Assembly (NCBI GenBank): GCA_020148045.1
Contig: JAHCRG010000006.1
Span: 9,909 to 73,908, forward strand
Length of the DNA: 64,000 nucleotides
Source of the DNA: Patescibacteria group bacterium
Lineage (GTDB): Bacteria; Patescibacteriota; Minisyncoccia; Minisyncoccales; GWA2-38-27
Reading direction: 5' to 3'
Part shown: one piece after another, positions 52,361 to 61,106 of the stretch
How the letters are laid out: each line of letters starts with the position of its first letter
How positions within the stretch are numbered: position 1 is the stretch's first letter
Translations under genes and position numbers: made by a program
The notes under the pieces: model-generated
The model's input: only the letters and a program-made list of their open reading frames with translations
Databases searched by the model: none
Told to the model about the DNA's origin: nothing

Positions 52361-52933
52361 ATGAAATTCATCCTTGGTAAAAAATTAGAAATGAGTCAAA
52401 TTTTTGATGATAAAGGAAATGTTATTCCAGTGACTTTAATTGGAGCTGGCCCTTGTTATGTTACTCAAATAAAAAAAGAATCAGTTCAAATTGGATTTGA
52501 AAAATTAAAAGAGAAAAAAATTAAAAAACCCCAGAAAGATAGACCCTATCGATATCTTAAAGAGTTCAAAAATGATGTCTCAAAATATAAAGTCAAAGAT
52601 AAGATTGATGTGTCAATTTTTAAACAAGGTGATAAAGTAAAAATTTCTAGTGTTTCTAAAGGAAAGGGATTTGCTGGTGCAGTTAAAAGATGGGGATTTC
52701 ACGGCAGACCGGCTACTCACGGAACAAAACATGAAGAAAGGACACTGGGTTCAATTGGCTCATCTTTCCCTCAAAGAGTTATCAAAGGAAAGAAAATGCC
52801 TGGCAGAATGGGAGCCGAAAGAGTCACAGTTAAAAATTTAAAAGTAGTAAAAATTGACCCAGAGAATAATTTATTAGCAGTAAAAGGAGCTGTCCCCGGC
52901 AGAAGAGGAACATTATTGGAGATTAGAGGGTAG
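52361..52933 (+). CDS. rplC: 50S ribosomal protein L3
   Basis: MKFILGKKLEMSQIFD and FAGAVKRWGFHG are present. ATG at 52361 is preferred because the tracked TTG start would read through the hairpin. Confidence 0.9.
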   Translation: MKFILGKKLEMSQIFDDKGNVIPVTLIGAGPCYVTQIKKESVQIGFEKLKEKKIKKPQKDRPYRYLKEFKNDVSKYKVKDKIDVSIFKQGDKVKISSVSKGKGFAGAVKRWGFHGRPATHGTKHEERTLGSIGSSFPQRVIKGKKMPGRMGAERVTVKNLKVVKIDPENNLLAVKGAVPGRRGTLLEIRG

Positions 52934-53029
52934 TGTTTAAAGTGATACTTTAAACATTTCCGCAAACCTAAGAACGTTGTCAAGAGCAAATAAAAAAGCA
53001 CTCCGTAATCGAGGCGCTTGCGAAAAACT

Positions 53030-53659
53030 ATGATTGTAAAAGTATATGATCAAAAAGGTAAAGAGGTTGGAGAGGCAAGATTACCGAAAGAGATATTTAA
53101 GGTAAAAATGAACCCTGATTTGGTGCATCAGGTTGCTTTGGTCCAGACTGCAAATCGGAGAAGAAAGATAGCTAAAACAAAAGGCAGGGCAGAGGTCCGT
53201 GGTGGGGGAAGAAAGCCCTGGCGGCAAAAAGGAACAGGAAGGGCAAGAGCAGGTTCAATTCGTTCTCCAATCTGGAGAGGAGGAGGAGTAACTTTTGGGC
53301 CTACAACTGTGAAAGTTTTTAAAAAGAAAATTCCCAAAAAAATGAGAAGAAAAGCTTTATTTATGGTTTTGTCAGCCAAAGCAAAAGAAAATTTACTTTT
53401 GGTTTTAGATAAGTTAGAAATTGAAAAAGCAAAAACGAAAGCAATGGCAGAGATTTTAAATAAATTATTTTTGAAAAAAGGTTCTGGCTTGGTGGTTTTG
53501 CTCCGGAAAGATAAGAATATAATTAAAGCAACAAGAAATATTCCAAAAACTGCTACAATGCAGGCAAAAGATTTAAATGTCTTGGATTTGCTTTCATATA
53601 AATATTTAGTAATGCCAAAAGAGGCAATAAAAATAATTAAAGACACATTCTTGAAATAA
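53030..53659 (+). CDS. rplD: 50S ribosomal protein L4
   Basis: GGGRKPWRQKGTGRARAGSIRSPIW is present. Confidence 0.95.
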   Translation: MIVKVYDQKGKEVGEARLPKEIFKVKMNPDLVHQVALVQTANRRRKIAKTKGRAEVRGGGRKPWRQKGTGRARAGSIRSPIWRGGGVTFGPTTVKVFKKKIPKKMRRKALFMVLSAKAKENLLLVLDKLEIEKAKTKAMAEILNKLFLKKGSGLVVLLRKDKNIIKATRNIPKTATMQAKDLNVLDLLSYKYLVMPKEAIKIIKDTFLK

Positions 53660-53674
53660 TTAATTCAAATTTTT

Positions 53675-53697
53675 TTAGAAATTAGAAATTTTAGAAC
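53675..53697 (+). repeat. heptamer repeats TTAGAAA x2(+1) abutting the rplW start
   Basis: The sequence is ttagaaa ttagaaa tt ttagaac. The unit is the reverse complement of the ATTTCTA array at 17954-17981. Confidence 0.8.
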
Positions 53698-53698
53698 C

Positions 53699-54160
53699 AT
53701 GGGTTTATTTGATTTTTTCAAAAAAAAGAAAAAAATAGAAAAGAAAAAAGTTGAGAAAAAACCAGAGAAGAAGATAGACCAACCTACGGTTGGCCAGCCG
53801 AAGGATGGGAAGAAAGTAGAGGCCCGTCCTCTACCCGAAGTTAAACCAGCAGTTAAGAGGCCAAAGAAGAGAATTTTAGGCAAGTCATCTCAAATTTTAT
53901 ATTCTCCTCATGTAACAGAGAAGACAACTGCGATAGAGGGAGAAAATAAATATGTTTTTAAAGTTTCGCCAAGAACTAATAAAAATGAAATAAAAAAAGC
54001 AATTGAGGGTTTATACGGAGTAAGTATAATTAGTGTTAAAATTATTAATATTCCTAAAAGAAAAAGGAGATTAGGAAAGCAGAAGGGATGGAGAAAGGGA
54101 TACAAAAAAGCAATTGTAAAGATAAAGAAGGGGCAGAAGATTGAGATTTTGCCTCGTTAA
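53699..54160 (+). CDS. rplW: 50S ribosomal protein L23 with ~60-aa N-terminal extension
   Basis: The core starts near ILYSPHVTEKT. No in-frame ATG, GTG or TTG lies between 53699 and the core. Confidence 0.85.
   Translation: MGLFDFFKKKKKIEKKKVEKKPEKKIDQPTVGQPKDGKKVEARPLPEVKPAVKRPKKRILGKSSQILYSPHVTEKTTAIEGENKYVFKVSPRTNKNEIKKAIEGLYGVSIISVKIINIPKRKRRLGKQKGWRKGYKKAIVKIKKGQKIEILPR
53779..53834 (+). repeat. GC-rich palindromic elements embedded in frame in the rplW extension
   Basis: 53779-53808 (ccaacctacggttggccagccgaaggatgg) matches the 30-mer at about 25/30 positions. 53816-53834 (gtagaggcccgtcctctac) shares a 15-mer with the terminator at 19931. Confidence 0.85.
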
Positions 54161-54163
54161 AAC

Positions 54164-54964
54164 ATGAAAAAAAAGAAATTATCACAGAAGAAAATATTAA
54201 CCAAAAAGAGGCCTGAGAAGAGGTTGCTTTTGAGTTTGAAAGAGAGAGCAGGGAGGGGAAGGTCTGGACGGATAACTGTTCGTCATCGAGGAGGTGGGGC
54301 AAAAAGGCGATATCGGCTGGTTGATTTTGGCCAGGAGAAGATTGATATCCCTGCCAAAGTTATTGCCTTAGAATATGACCCTTACCGAACTGCTTTTCTT
54401 GTTCTTTTGGAGTATAATGATGGAGAAAAGCGTTATCGGTTAGCTCCCAGTGATATAAAAGTTGGAGATGAGATAATTTGTGCTGAAAAAGCCGAAGTTA
54501 AAATAGGAAACAGAATTAAAGTTAAAAACATTCCGGTAGGAACTATGGTTTATAACATTGAACTTGTGCCTGGAAAGGGAGGAAGAATGGTTAGAGCAGC
54601 AGGTAATGCTGCAAAAGTTTTGGCCCACGAGGGGAAATATACGAATTTGGAAATGCCTTCGGGAGAAATTAGAAAAGTGTTTCAGGATTGTTTCGCTACC
54701 GTAGGGACAGTTTCCCATTCAGAGTGGCGATACCATACCATAGGAAAAGCTGGAAGGAGTCGTTTAAGAGGAAGAAGGCCAACCGTCCGTGGGACAGCAA
54801 TGGTTCCAGCAGACCATCCTCATGGAGGAGGGGAAGGAAGGTCACCCATTGGTTTAAAGTATCCGAAAACACCTTGGGGAAAACCTGCTTTGGGAGTAAA
54901 GACAAGAAAGAAGAAAAAGTGGACAAATAAATATATTATTAAGAGAAGAGAAAAGAAGAAATGA
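54164..54964 (+). CDS. rplB: 50S ribosomal protein L2
   Basis: RHRGGGAKRRYRLVDF and HPHGGGEGRSP are present. Confidence 0.95.
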   Translation: MKKKKLSQKKILTKKRPEKRLLLSLKERAGRGRSGRITVRHRGGGAKRRYRLVDFGQEKIDIPAKVIALEYDPYRTAFLVLLEYNDGEKRYRLAPSDIKVGDEIICAEKAEVKIGNRIKVKNIPVGTMVYNIELVPGKGGRMVRAAGNAAKVLAHEGKYTNLEMPSGEIRKVFQDCFATVGTVSHSEWRYHTIGKAGRSRLRGRRPTVRGTAMVPADHPHGGGEGRSPIGLKYPKTPWGKPALGVKTRKKKKWTNKYIIKRREKKK

Positions 54965-54988
54965 AGATAATAAACTATTTACATAATT

Positions 54989-55303
54989 ATGGCTAGATCG
55001 CTCAAAAAAGGTCCATACGTAGACGAGAAATTATTAAAGAAGGTTAAGAAATTAAAGCCAGGCGATGAGACAGTGATTAAAACCTGGGCAAGGTTTTGCA
55101 CTATTACTCCTGAAATGGTTGGTTTTACTTTTGGAGTTCATAATGGCAAGGAACACATTCCAGTTCAGGTAACTGAAGATATGGTTGGTCATAAACTGGG
55201 AGAATTCGCTCCAACTACGAAGTTTATGAGACACGGTGGAAAAATGCAGCGAGGATTGGAACAAAAAGTAGCCCAGAGAGAAGCGGAAAAACTAAAAGAA
55301 TAA
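54989..55303 (+). CDS. rpsS: 30S ribosomal protein S19
   Basis: [14 protein letters not shown] and HNGKEHIPV are present. Confidence 0.95.
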   Translation: MARSLKKGPYVDEKLLKKVKKLKPGDETVIKTWARFCTITPEMVGFTFGVHNGKEHIPVQVTEDMVGHKLGEFAPTTKFMRHGGKMQRGLEQKVAQREAEKLKE

Positions 55304-55306
55304 ATT

Positions 55307-55876
55307 ATGGCAGTGACAGTTAAATTAAAATATCTTCGGATAGCGCCCAGAAAAGTTAGATTAGTAGCTGATATGATTCGGAAAAAGAAAATTGAGGAAG
55401 CTCAGAATTTTTTAAATTTTACTACAAAAAAAGCAGCAAAACCCTTGCTCAAACTTTTAAAAACAGCTGTTGCCGATGCCCGTCACAATTTTCAACTTGA
55501 CCCAGATAATTTATATATCTCAAAAATTACTGTTAATGAAGGGCCTAAGCTTAAGAGATGGAGGCCGAGATCAAGAGGTATGGCTCATGAAATCCAGAAA
55601 AAAACTTCCCATCTGACTTTAGTTTTAGACGAGATTACCCCTGGCAAGAAAGTTAAAAAAGCGAAGAAGGTCAAAAAAGAAAAAGTTAAAAAGAAACCCG
55701 CCCTCGTTAGGCCTGCCCGTCCGGTAGGCAGGGCCCCGGCAGGCAAAGGAAAGAGGGAAGAAGAGACCAAAGAAATTCCGGAGATTGAAAAACCGAAGTT
55801 AAGACCGGAAACAGAGGCTCCGAAACCTAAAATTACGAGAGGAATAAAACGTATTTTCAGGCGAAAGGCCTTCTAA
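55307..55876 (+). CDS. rplV: 50S ribosomal protein L22 with long basic C-terminal extension
   Basis: LRIAPRKVRLVADMIR is present. The protein is 189 aa and holds a GC-rich patch at 55696-55746. Confidence 0.9.
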   Translation: MAVTVKLKYLRIAPRKVRLVADMIRKKKIEEAQNFLNFTTKKAAKPLLKLLKTAVADARHNFQLDPDNLYISKITVNEGPKLKRWRPRSRGMAHEIQKKTSHLTLVLDEITPGKKVKKAKKVKKEKVKKKPALVRPARPVGRAPAGKGKREEETKEIPEIEKPKLRPETEAPKPKITRGIKRIFRRKAF

Positions 55877-55879
55877 ATT

Positions 55880-56626
55880 ATGTCTCACAAAGTTCATCCA
55901 AAAGCATATCGAGTAAAAGAAATAACTGATTGGGATTCACGAGGATTTTATAGAAAACCTGCAGAATGCTTGGAGGAGGATTTTAGAATTAGAGAATTTT
56001 TAAAAAAGAAATTAAGCAGGGTTGGAGTAGAAAAGATTGAAATTGAAAGGTTTCCCAACAAGCTAAATATTATTATTTCTAGTGCTAGGCCAGGTCTTAT
56101 TATTGGTCGAGGAGGAGAAGGAATTGAGGAGTTAAAAAAAGAGCTGGAGCAGAAAATTTTAAAGAAATCTCTTGCCAAGAAAACGGATAAAGAAGAAAAG
56201 AAGACAAAGAAACAAAGAGGACTCGCCTCCGCCCGCCTTGGGCGGGCTTCGGCCTATGGCCAGACGAAGTCGGCGGGCAAAGAAAAAGAACTAAGAATTG
56301 AAATCAGGGAAATTAAAGATCCTTGGACTTCTGCCAGCTTGAGTGCCCAGTGGATTGCTCAACAAATTGAAAAAAGAGTTCATTACAGACGAGTTCTAAA
56401 ACGAGCACTAAGTAAGATTACTGGTCACAAAGAAATTCAGGGAGCAAGAATAGAAGTATCGGGCCGGCTCAATGGAGTAGAAATTGCCAGAAGAGAGTGG
56501 TTAGGAACAGGTCAACTTCCTCGTCAGACCATTAGGGCTGATATTGATTATGCAAAAGCTGAGGCACATTGTAGTTACGGAGTAATTGGAGTGAAGGTCT
56601 GGATATATAAAGGAGAAAAATTCTAA
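55880..56626 (+). CDS. rpsC: 30S ribosomal protein S3 with internal insertion
   Basis: HKVHPKAYRV and the KH motif LIIGRGGEGIEELK are present. A GC-rich patch at 56219-56278 encodes GLASARLGRASAYGQTKSAG. Confidence 0.92.
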   Translation: MSHKVHPKAYRVKEITDWDSRGFYRKPAECLEEDFRIREFLKKKLSRVGVEKIEIERFPNKLNIIISSARPGLIIGRGGEGIEELKKELEQKILKKSLAKKTDKEEKKTKKQRGLASARLGRASAYGQTKSAGKEKELRIEIREIKDPWTSASLSAQWIAQQIEKRVHYRRVLKRALSKITGHKEIQGARIEVSGRLNGVEIARREWLGTGQLPRQTIRADIDYAKAEAHCSYGVIGVKVWIYKGEKF

Positions 56627-56627
56627 T

Positions 56628-57038
56628 ATGGCTATATTAATGCCTAAAAAAGTTAAACATAGGAAATGGAGAAAGGGAAGGTCTAAAGGCATTGAAGCCA
56701 GATCAACTGAGCTGGCTTTTGGTAGTTATGGGTTGAAGTCAATGGGCACAAAGTGGATAACATCACGTCAGATTGAAGCAGCCAGAAGGGCTATTATTAG
56801 ATATCTAAGAAAAGGAGGAAAGCTTTGGATTAGGATTTTTCCAGATAAACCAGTAACTAAAAAAGGAACTGAGGTGCCGATGGGCGGTGGAAAGGGCTCG
56901 GTTGACCATTATGTTTTTCCTATAAGGCCGGGTAGGATTATCTTTGAACTTGAGGGAATACCTGAGGAAAAAGCCAGAGAGGCATTTAGAAAAGCAGGTG
57001 ATAAACTGCCAGTAAAGACAAAGTTTATTAAAAGATAA
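56628..57038 (+). CDS. rplP: 50S ribosomal protein L16
   Basis: LMPKKVKHRKWRKGR is present and gene order fits. Confidence 0.95.
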   Translation: MAILMPKKVKHRKWRKGRSKGIEARSTELAFGSYGLKSMGTKWITSRQIEAARRAIIRYLRKGGKLWIRIFPDKPVTKKGTEVPMGGGKGSVDHYVFPIRPGRIIFELEGIPEEKAREAFRKAGDKLPVKTKFIKR

Positions 57039-57040
57039 TT

Positions 57041-57229
57041 ATGAAGGCAAAAGAATTAAAACAAAAATCCCGAAAAGAATTGCAAAAACTTTTACAGAAT
57101 AATCAAGAGAAATTAAGACAGTTTCGTTTTGATTTAACATCGGGTAAGGTAAAAAATGTGAGAGAAATTAGACAAACTAAAAAGGATATAGCTCGTATCC
57201 TTACAAGATTATGCCAAAAAAAAGATTAA
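57041..57229 (+). CDS. rpmC: 50S ribosomal protein L29
   Basis: A 62-aa helical protein in the position between rplP and rpsQ. Confidence 0.85.
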   Translation: MKAKELKQKSRKELQKLLQNNQEKLRQFRFDLTSGKVKNVREIRQTKKDIARILTRLCQKKD

Positions 57230-57438
57230 AAGGAACCATAGTATCAAATAAAATGCAAAAAACAGTAGTTGTTAAAGTGGAGAGAGTAAAAAAACATCCT
57301 AGATATAAAAGAAGATATAAGGTTCATAAGAAATATAAAGCCCATTATGACAAAGGAGAGTATAAAGTAGGAGATAAAGTTACTATTGAAGAGTGTCGTC
57401 CAATAAGTAAAGATAAAAAGTGGAGAATAGTGTCATGA
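57211..57438 (+). CDS. rpsQ: 30S ribosomal protein S17
   Basis: [27 protein letters not shown] is present. Confidence 0.92.
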   Translation: MPKKRLKGTIVSNKMQKTVVVKVERVKKHPRYKRRYKVHKKYKAHYDKGEYKVGDKVTIEECRPISKDKKWRIVS

Positions 57439-57803
57439 TACAGCCGCAATCAATGTTAAAAGTTGCAGACAATAGCGGAGCAAAGATAATTCAATGCATC
57501 CGGGTTTTAGGCGGTACGCGTCGAAGATATGCTCAAATCGGTGATATTATTGTAGGAGCAGTTAAAGTAGCTGAGCCAAGAAGACCAGTTAAAAAACACG
57601 ATGTGGTAAAAGCAGTTATCGTTAGGCAGAAAAAAGCCTTAAGAAGGTCTGATGGTTCCTATATTCGCTTTGATGACAATGCAGTAGTAATTTTAGAGAC
57701 AGGGAATAATCCAAAAGGGGGAAGAATTTTTGGCCCAGTAGCCCGGGAATTAAGGGAAAAAGGATTTGAAAAAATAATCAATTTAGCCAAAGATATTGTA
57801 TAA
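57435..57803 (+). CDS. rplN: 50S ribosomal protein L14
   Basis: [17 protein letters not shown] is present. ATG at 57435 is preferred. Confidence 0.95.
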   Translation: MIQPQSMLKVADNSGAKIIQCIRVLGGTRRRYAQIGDIIVGAVKVAEPRRPVKKHDVVKAVIVRQKKALRRSDGSYIRFDDNAVVILETGNNPKGGRIFGPVARELREKGFEKIINLAKDIV

Positions 57804-57824
57804 ATTATAGAAATGTTTTAAATT

Positions 57825-58130
57825 ATGAAAATTAAAAAAGGTGATACAGTATTAATAATTTCTGGGAAAGACCGTGCTCGAAAAAGTAAGGTTATAGAAG
57901 CTTTCCCTAAACAAGGGAAAGTTGTTGTTGAGGGAATTAATTTGAGAAAAAAACATATGAGACCGAAAAAGTCTGGCGAGAAAGGCCAGATTGTTGAGAC
58001 ACCTGCCCCTCTTAATGTTTCCGATGTTAAACTTATTTGCTCAAAGTGTGGGAAACCGACCCGAGTAGGATATAAAATGGAGGGAAAAAGAAAATGTCGC
58101 ATTTGTAAAAAATGTAAACAAGAGATATGA
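57825..58130 (+). CDS. rplX: 50S ribosomal protein L24 with four-Cys C-terminal ribbon
   Basis: The KOW motif IKKGDTVLIISGKDRARK is present. The C-terminus reads CSKCGKPTRVGYKMEGKRKCRICKKC. Confidence 0.9.
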   Translation: MKIKKGDTVLIISGKDRARKSKVIEAFPKQGKVVVEGINLRKKHMRPKKSGEKGQIVETPAPLNVSDVKLICSKCGKPTRVGYKMEGKRKCRICKKCKQEI

Positions 58131-58684
58131 TGCGCTTAAAAGAGAAATATAAAAAGGAAGTAATACCAGCAATGATGGAGAAATTCGGCTATAAGAATTC
58201 TATGGCTGTTCCTAAAATTGAAAAGGTTGTGGTAAATACTGGATTTGGTAGGTTGATTGTTGGTAAAACCTCAGAAGAACAGAAAAAGATTTATAGCCTT
58301 ATTTTAGACGATTTAGCTCTAATTTGCGCTCAGAGACCGGTTTTAACCAAGGCAAAGAAATCAATCGCAGGATTTAAAATAAGAGAGGGGATGCCAATTG
58401 GGGCTGTGAATACTTTACGAGGTAGAAAAATGTACGATTTTTTAGAAAGAGTAATTCATGTCGCTCTTCCTCGCCTTCGTGACTTTCGGGGAATTGACAT
58501 GAAATCTTTTGATAAAGAAGCAAATCTTACCATCGCTATTAGAGAACATATTGTTTTTCCCGAGGTTTCACCGGAAAAAGCTAAAACAATTTTTGGATTT
58601 GAGATAACCGTAGTTACAACAGCAAAAACTCGTGAAGAGGGAATTGCATTGTTGAGGTTGTTGGGATTTCCTATTAAGAAATAA
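58127..58684 (+). CDS. rplE: 50S ribosomal protein L5
   Basis: [21 protein letters not shown] and gene order fit. Confidence 0.95.
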   Translation: MMRLKEKYKKEVIPAMMEKFGYKNSMAVPKIEKVVVNTGFGRLIVGKTSEEQKKIYSLILDDLALICAQRPVLTKAKKSIAGFKIREGMPIGAVNTLRGRKMYDFLERVIHVALPRLRDFRGIDMKSFDKEANLTIAIREHIVFPEVSPEKAKTIFGFEITVVTTAKTREEGIALLRLLGFPIKK

Positions 58685-58685
58685 A

Positions 58686-58871
58686 ATGGCCAAGAAATCA
58701 CAAATTGCAAAATCTAAGAAAAAACCTAAGTTTAGCACAAGGGTTGTTCGTCGCTGTTTTAGATGTGGGAGAAAAAGAGGATATATGAGAGAATTTGGCT
58801 TGTGCAGAATATGCTTTAGGGAATTAGCTAATAAAGGGGAAATCCCTGGAATAAAAAAATCATCATGGTAG
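58686..58871 (+). CDS. rpsN: 30S ribosomal protein S14, type Z (Zn-binding, 61 aa)
   Basis: [23 protein letters not shown] is present. Confidence 0.95.
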   Translation: MAKKSQIAKSKKKPKFSTRVVRRCFRCGRKRGYMREFGLCRICFRELANKGEIPGIKKSSW

Positions 58872-59278
58872 ATCCAATCGCAGATATGCTCAATAGAATA
58901 CGGAATGCTCTAATGGTTTTACACTTAACGGTTTCTATTCCTTTTTCTAAGTTAAAATATGAAATCGCCAAGATTTTAGAAAAAGAAGGATTTATTGAAA
59001 AGGTGGAGAAAAAAGGAAGAAAAGAAAAAAAAGTTATTGAAATTACTTTGAAGAAGGAAGAAATTTCTGAAGAAAGCGGGGAAAAAATAAAACCGGCAAT
59101 TTCTGGCTTAAAAAGGATTTCAAAACCAGGACAAAGAATTTATGCTGGAGCTAAAGAGATTAAGCGAGTTCGAGGAGGTTATGGGACAGCGATAATCTCT
59201 ACTCCAAAAGGAATAATGACAGACAAGGAAGCGAGAAAAAAGAAATTAGGAGGAGAAATTATTTGTGAAATTTGGTAA
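58865..59278 (+). CDS. rpsH: 30S ribosomal protein S8
   Basis: [13 protein letters not shown] is present. Confidence 0.95.
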   Translation: MVDPIADMLNRIRNALMVLHLTVSIPFSKLKYEIAKILEKEGFIEKVEKKGRKEKKVIEITLKKEEISEESGEKIKPAISGLKRISKPGQRIYAGAKEIKRVRGGYGTAIISTPKGIMTDKEARKKKLGGEIICEIW

Positions 59279-59285
59279 AAAAACT

Positions 59286-59834
59286 ATGTCAAGAATAGGT
59301 AAAAAACCAATTCCAATACCAGAGGGTGTGGAAGTTAAAATAGAAGGTCAGAATGTTATTGTTAAGGGTCCAAAAGGGGAGCTTCAAAAAGAGGTTCGTC
59401 CTGAGATTAAAGTTGAGATAAAAGAAAATGAGATTTTAGTTAGTCCTGAAAAGGAAACCAAAAAAACTAATGCTTTTTGGGGGCTAACTAGGACCTTGAT
59501 TTCTAATATAATAAAAGGAGTTACCGAAGGTTATGAAAAGAAATTGGAGATACAGGGTGTTGGTTATAGGGCGAATTTAGAGGGAGAAGATTTGGTTTTG
59601 CAGGTTGGGTTTTCCCATCCAGTTAAAATAGATAAAGTTGAAGGTATAAAGTTTGAAGTTGAGAAGAATATTATAACTATTTCAGGTATTGATAAAGAAT
59701 TAGTTGGCCAAATTGCCGCTAAAATTAGAAAAGTCAGAAAGCCTGAACCCTACAAGGGAAAGGGTATTAGATATTTAGGCGAAGAAGTCCGTCGCAAACC
59801 CGGCAAGAAAGTGGTTACTGCCGAAGAGCAATAA
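59286..59834 (+). CDS. rplF: 50S ribosomal protein L6
   Basis: MSRIGKKPIPIPEGV is present. ATG at 59286 is preferred. Confidence 0.95.
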   Translation: MSRIGKKPIPIPEGVEVKIEGQNVIVKGPKGELQKEVRPEIKVEIKENEILVSPEKETKKTNAFWGLTRTLISNIIKGVTEGYEKKLEIQGVGYRANLEGEDLVLQVGFSHPVKIDKVEGIKFEVEKNIITISGIDKELVGQIAAKIRKVRKPEPYKGKGIRYLGEEVRRKPGKKVVTAEEQ

Positions 59835-59843
59835 TGATTAATC

Positions 59844-60191
59844 ATGTTAGAGAAGCAGCAAAAAAGAAAAAGGCGTCATAAGAGAGTCAGGGCTAAAATA
59901 TTTGGCACATCAAAAGTTCCTCGGCTTTGCGTTTTTAGATCAGCCGGCCATATTTATGTTCAATTGATTGATGATGAGAAAGGGAAAACATTAGCTTCAG
60001 CCAGCGATTTAGAGATTAAGAAAAAAAAGGATAAAAAAGCAGCTCTTGCCACAAAGGTTGGAAACTTGATTGCCAAAAAGGCAATTGAGAAAAAGATAAA
60101 TAAAGTTGTCTTTGATAGAGGAGGATACAAGTATCACGGCCGAGTTAAGGCGCTTGCAGAAGGGGCACGAGAAGGAGGACTAAAATTTTAA
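59844..60191 (+). CDS. rplR: 50S ribosomal protein L18
   Basis: [18 protein letters not shown] and [24 protein letters not shown] are present. Confidence 0.95.
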   Translation: MLEKQQKRKRRHKRVRAKIFGTSKVPRLCVFRSAGHIYVQLIDDEKGKTLASASDLEIKKKKDKKAALATKVGNLIAKKAIEKKINKVVFDRGGYKYHGRVKALAEGAREGGLKF

Positions 60192-60195
60192 AATT

Positions 60196-60702
60196 ATGTT
60201 TATAAAAAAAGGACAATCAAGAAGAAGAATATTTGAGAAAAAACAAGAAGAGTTTGAGTCCAAACTTTTGGATTTGGCAAGAGTTACCCGGGTGACGGTC
60301 GGGGGTCGGCGTTTTCGGTTTCGGGCAGGAGTAGTGATTGGAGATAAAAAAGGAAGAGTTGGTTTTGGGGTAGCTAAAGGAAAAGATGTTGCCCAAGCAG
60401 TAGAAAAGGCGACAAGAGTAGCTAAGAAGAATTTAATCAGAGTTCCAACCACAGAAGAGACTATCCCTTATCCTGTTGAGGCAAAATTTGGAGCAGCCAG
60501 AGTTATATTAAAACCCCAAAGAAAGGGAAGGGGCTTGGTGGCAGGAGGAACAGTTCGGGTTATTTGTACTTTAGCCGGGATAAGAAATATTTCTTCAAAA
60601 ATTATTGGAAAAACAGGAAACAAAATTAACAACGCCAAAGCCACAATTGAAGCGTTAAAAAAATTAAAGTATGCAACTACATCAGCTAAAACCAAAACAT
60701 AA
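60196..60702 (+). CDS. rpsE: 30S ribosomal protein S5
   Basis: RVTRVTVGGRRFRFRAGVVIGD is present. Confidence 0.95.
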   Translation: MFIKKGQSRRRIFEKKQEEFESKLLDLARVTRVTVGGRRFRFRAGVVIGDKKGRVGFGVAKGKDVAQAVEKATRVAKKNLIRVPTTEETIPYPVEAKFGAARVILKPQRKGRGLVAGGTVRVICTLAGIRNISSKIIGKTGNKINNAKATIEALKKLKYATTSAKTKT

Positions 60703-61102
60703 ACTAAAGAAGAAGAAACGGATTGGCCGCGGGGGTAAAAGGGGTACTTATTCCGGCAAAGGAATCAAGGGCCAGAAATCCCGAGCTGGCAGAAAATTCG
60801 CCCCAGTTATTCGAGAATTGATAAAAAGATATCCAAAATTAAGGGGCTATAGATTCAAAAGGCACGAGGGAGATCTTGTGGTTGTCAATGTCGGAATTTT
60901 AGAAGAAAGGTTTAGAAGTTCAGAGATTGTTACTCCTAAGCTCTTGCTTGAAAGAAAAATAATTCGTAGAATAAAAGGAAAGGTGCCCAAAGTAAAAATT
61001 TTAGGCAGAGGAGAGATAACTAAGAAACTAATCATTGAGAATTGCGAGATTTCAAAAGTTGCAAAAGAGAAGATAGAGAAAGCCGGCGGCGAAATAAAAT
61101 AA
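60671..61102 (+). CDS. rplO: 50S ribosomal protein L15
   Basis: LHQLKP and KKKKRIGRGGKRG are present. It overlaps rpsE by 32 nt, leaving no room for an L30 gene. Confidence 0.93.
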   Translation: MQLHQLKPKHKLKKKKRIGRGGKRGTYSGKGIKGQKSRAGRKFAPVIRELIKRYPKLRGYRFKRHEGDLVVVNVGILEERFRSSEIVTPKLLLERKIIRRIKGKVPKVKILGRGEITKKLIIENCEISKVAKEKIEKAGGEIK

Positions 61103-61106
61103 AAAT

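Noticed and set aside
53128-53646. The 172-aa minus-strand ORF, and similar antisense or off-frame ORFs: 51069-51452, 51595-52047, 36891-37235, 10810-11181, 6778-6978, 18663-18954, 5770-6072, 6042-6299 and the purL-internal ORFs.
   Set aside because: They lie entirely within or opposite well-supported genes or in intergenic repeat regions. They have low-complexity, biased composition and no start context. They are shadow ORFs.
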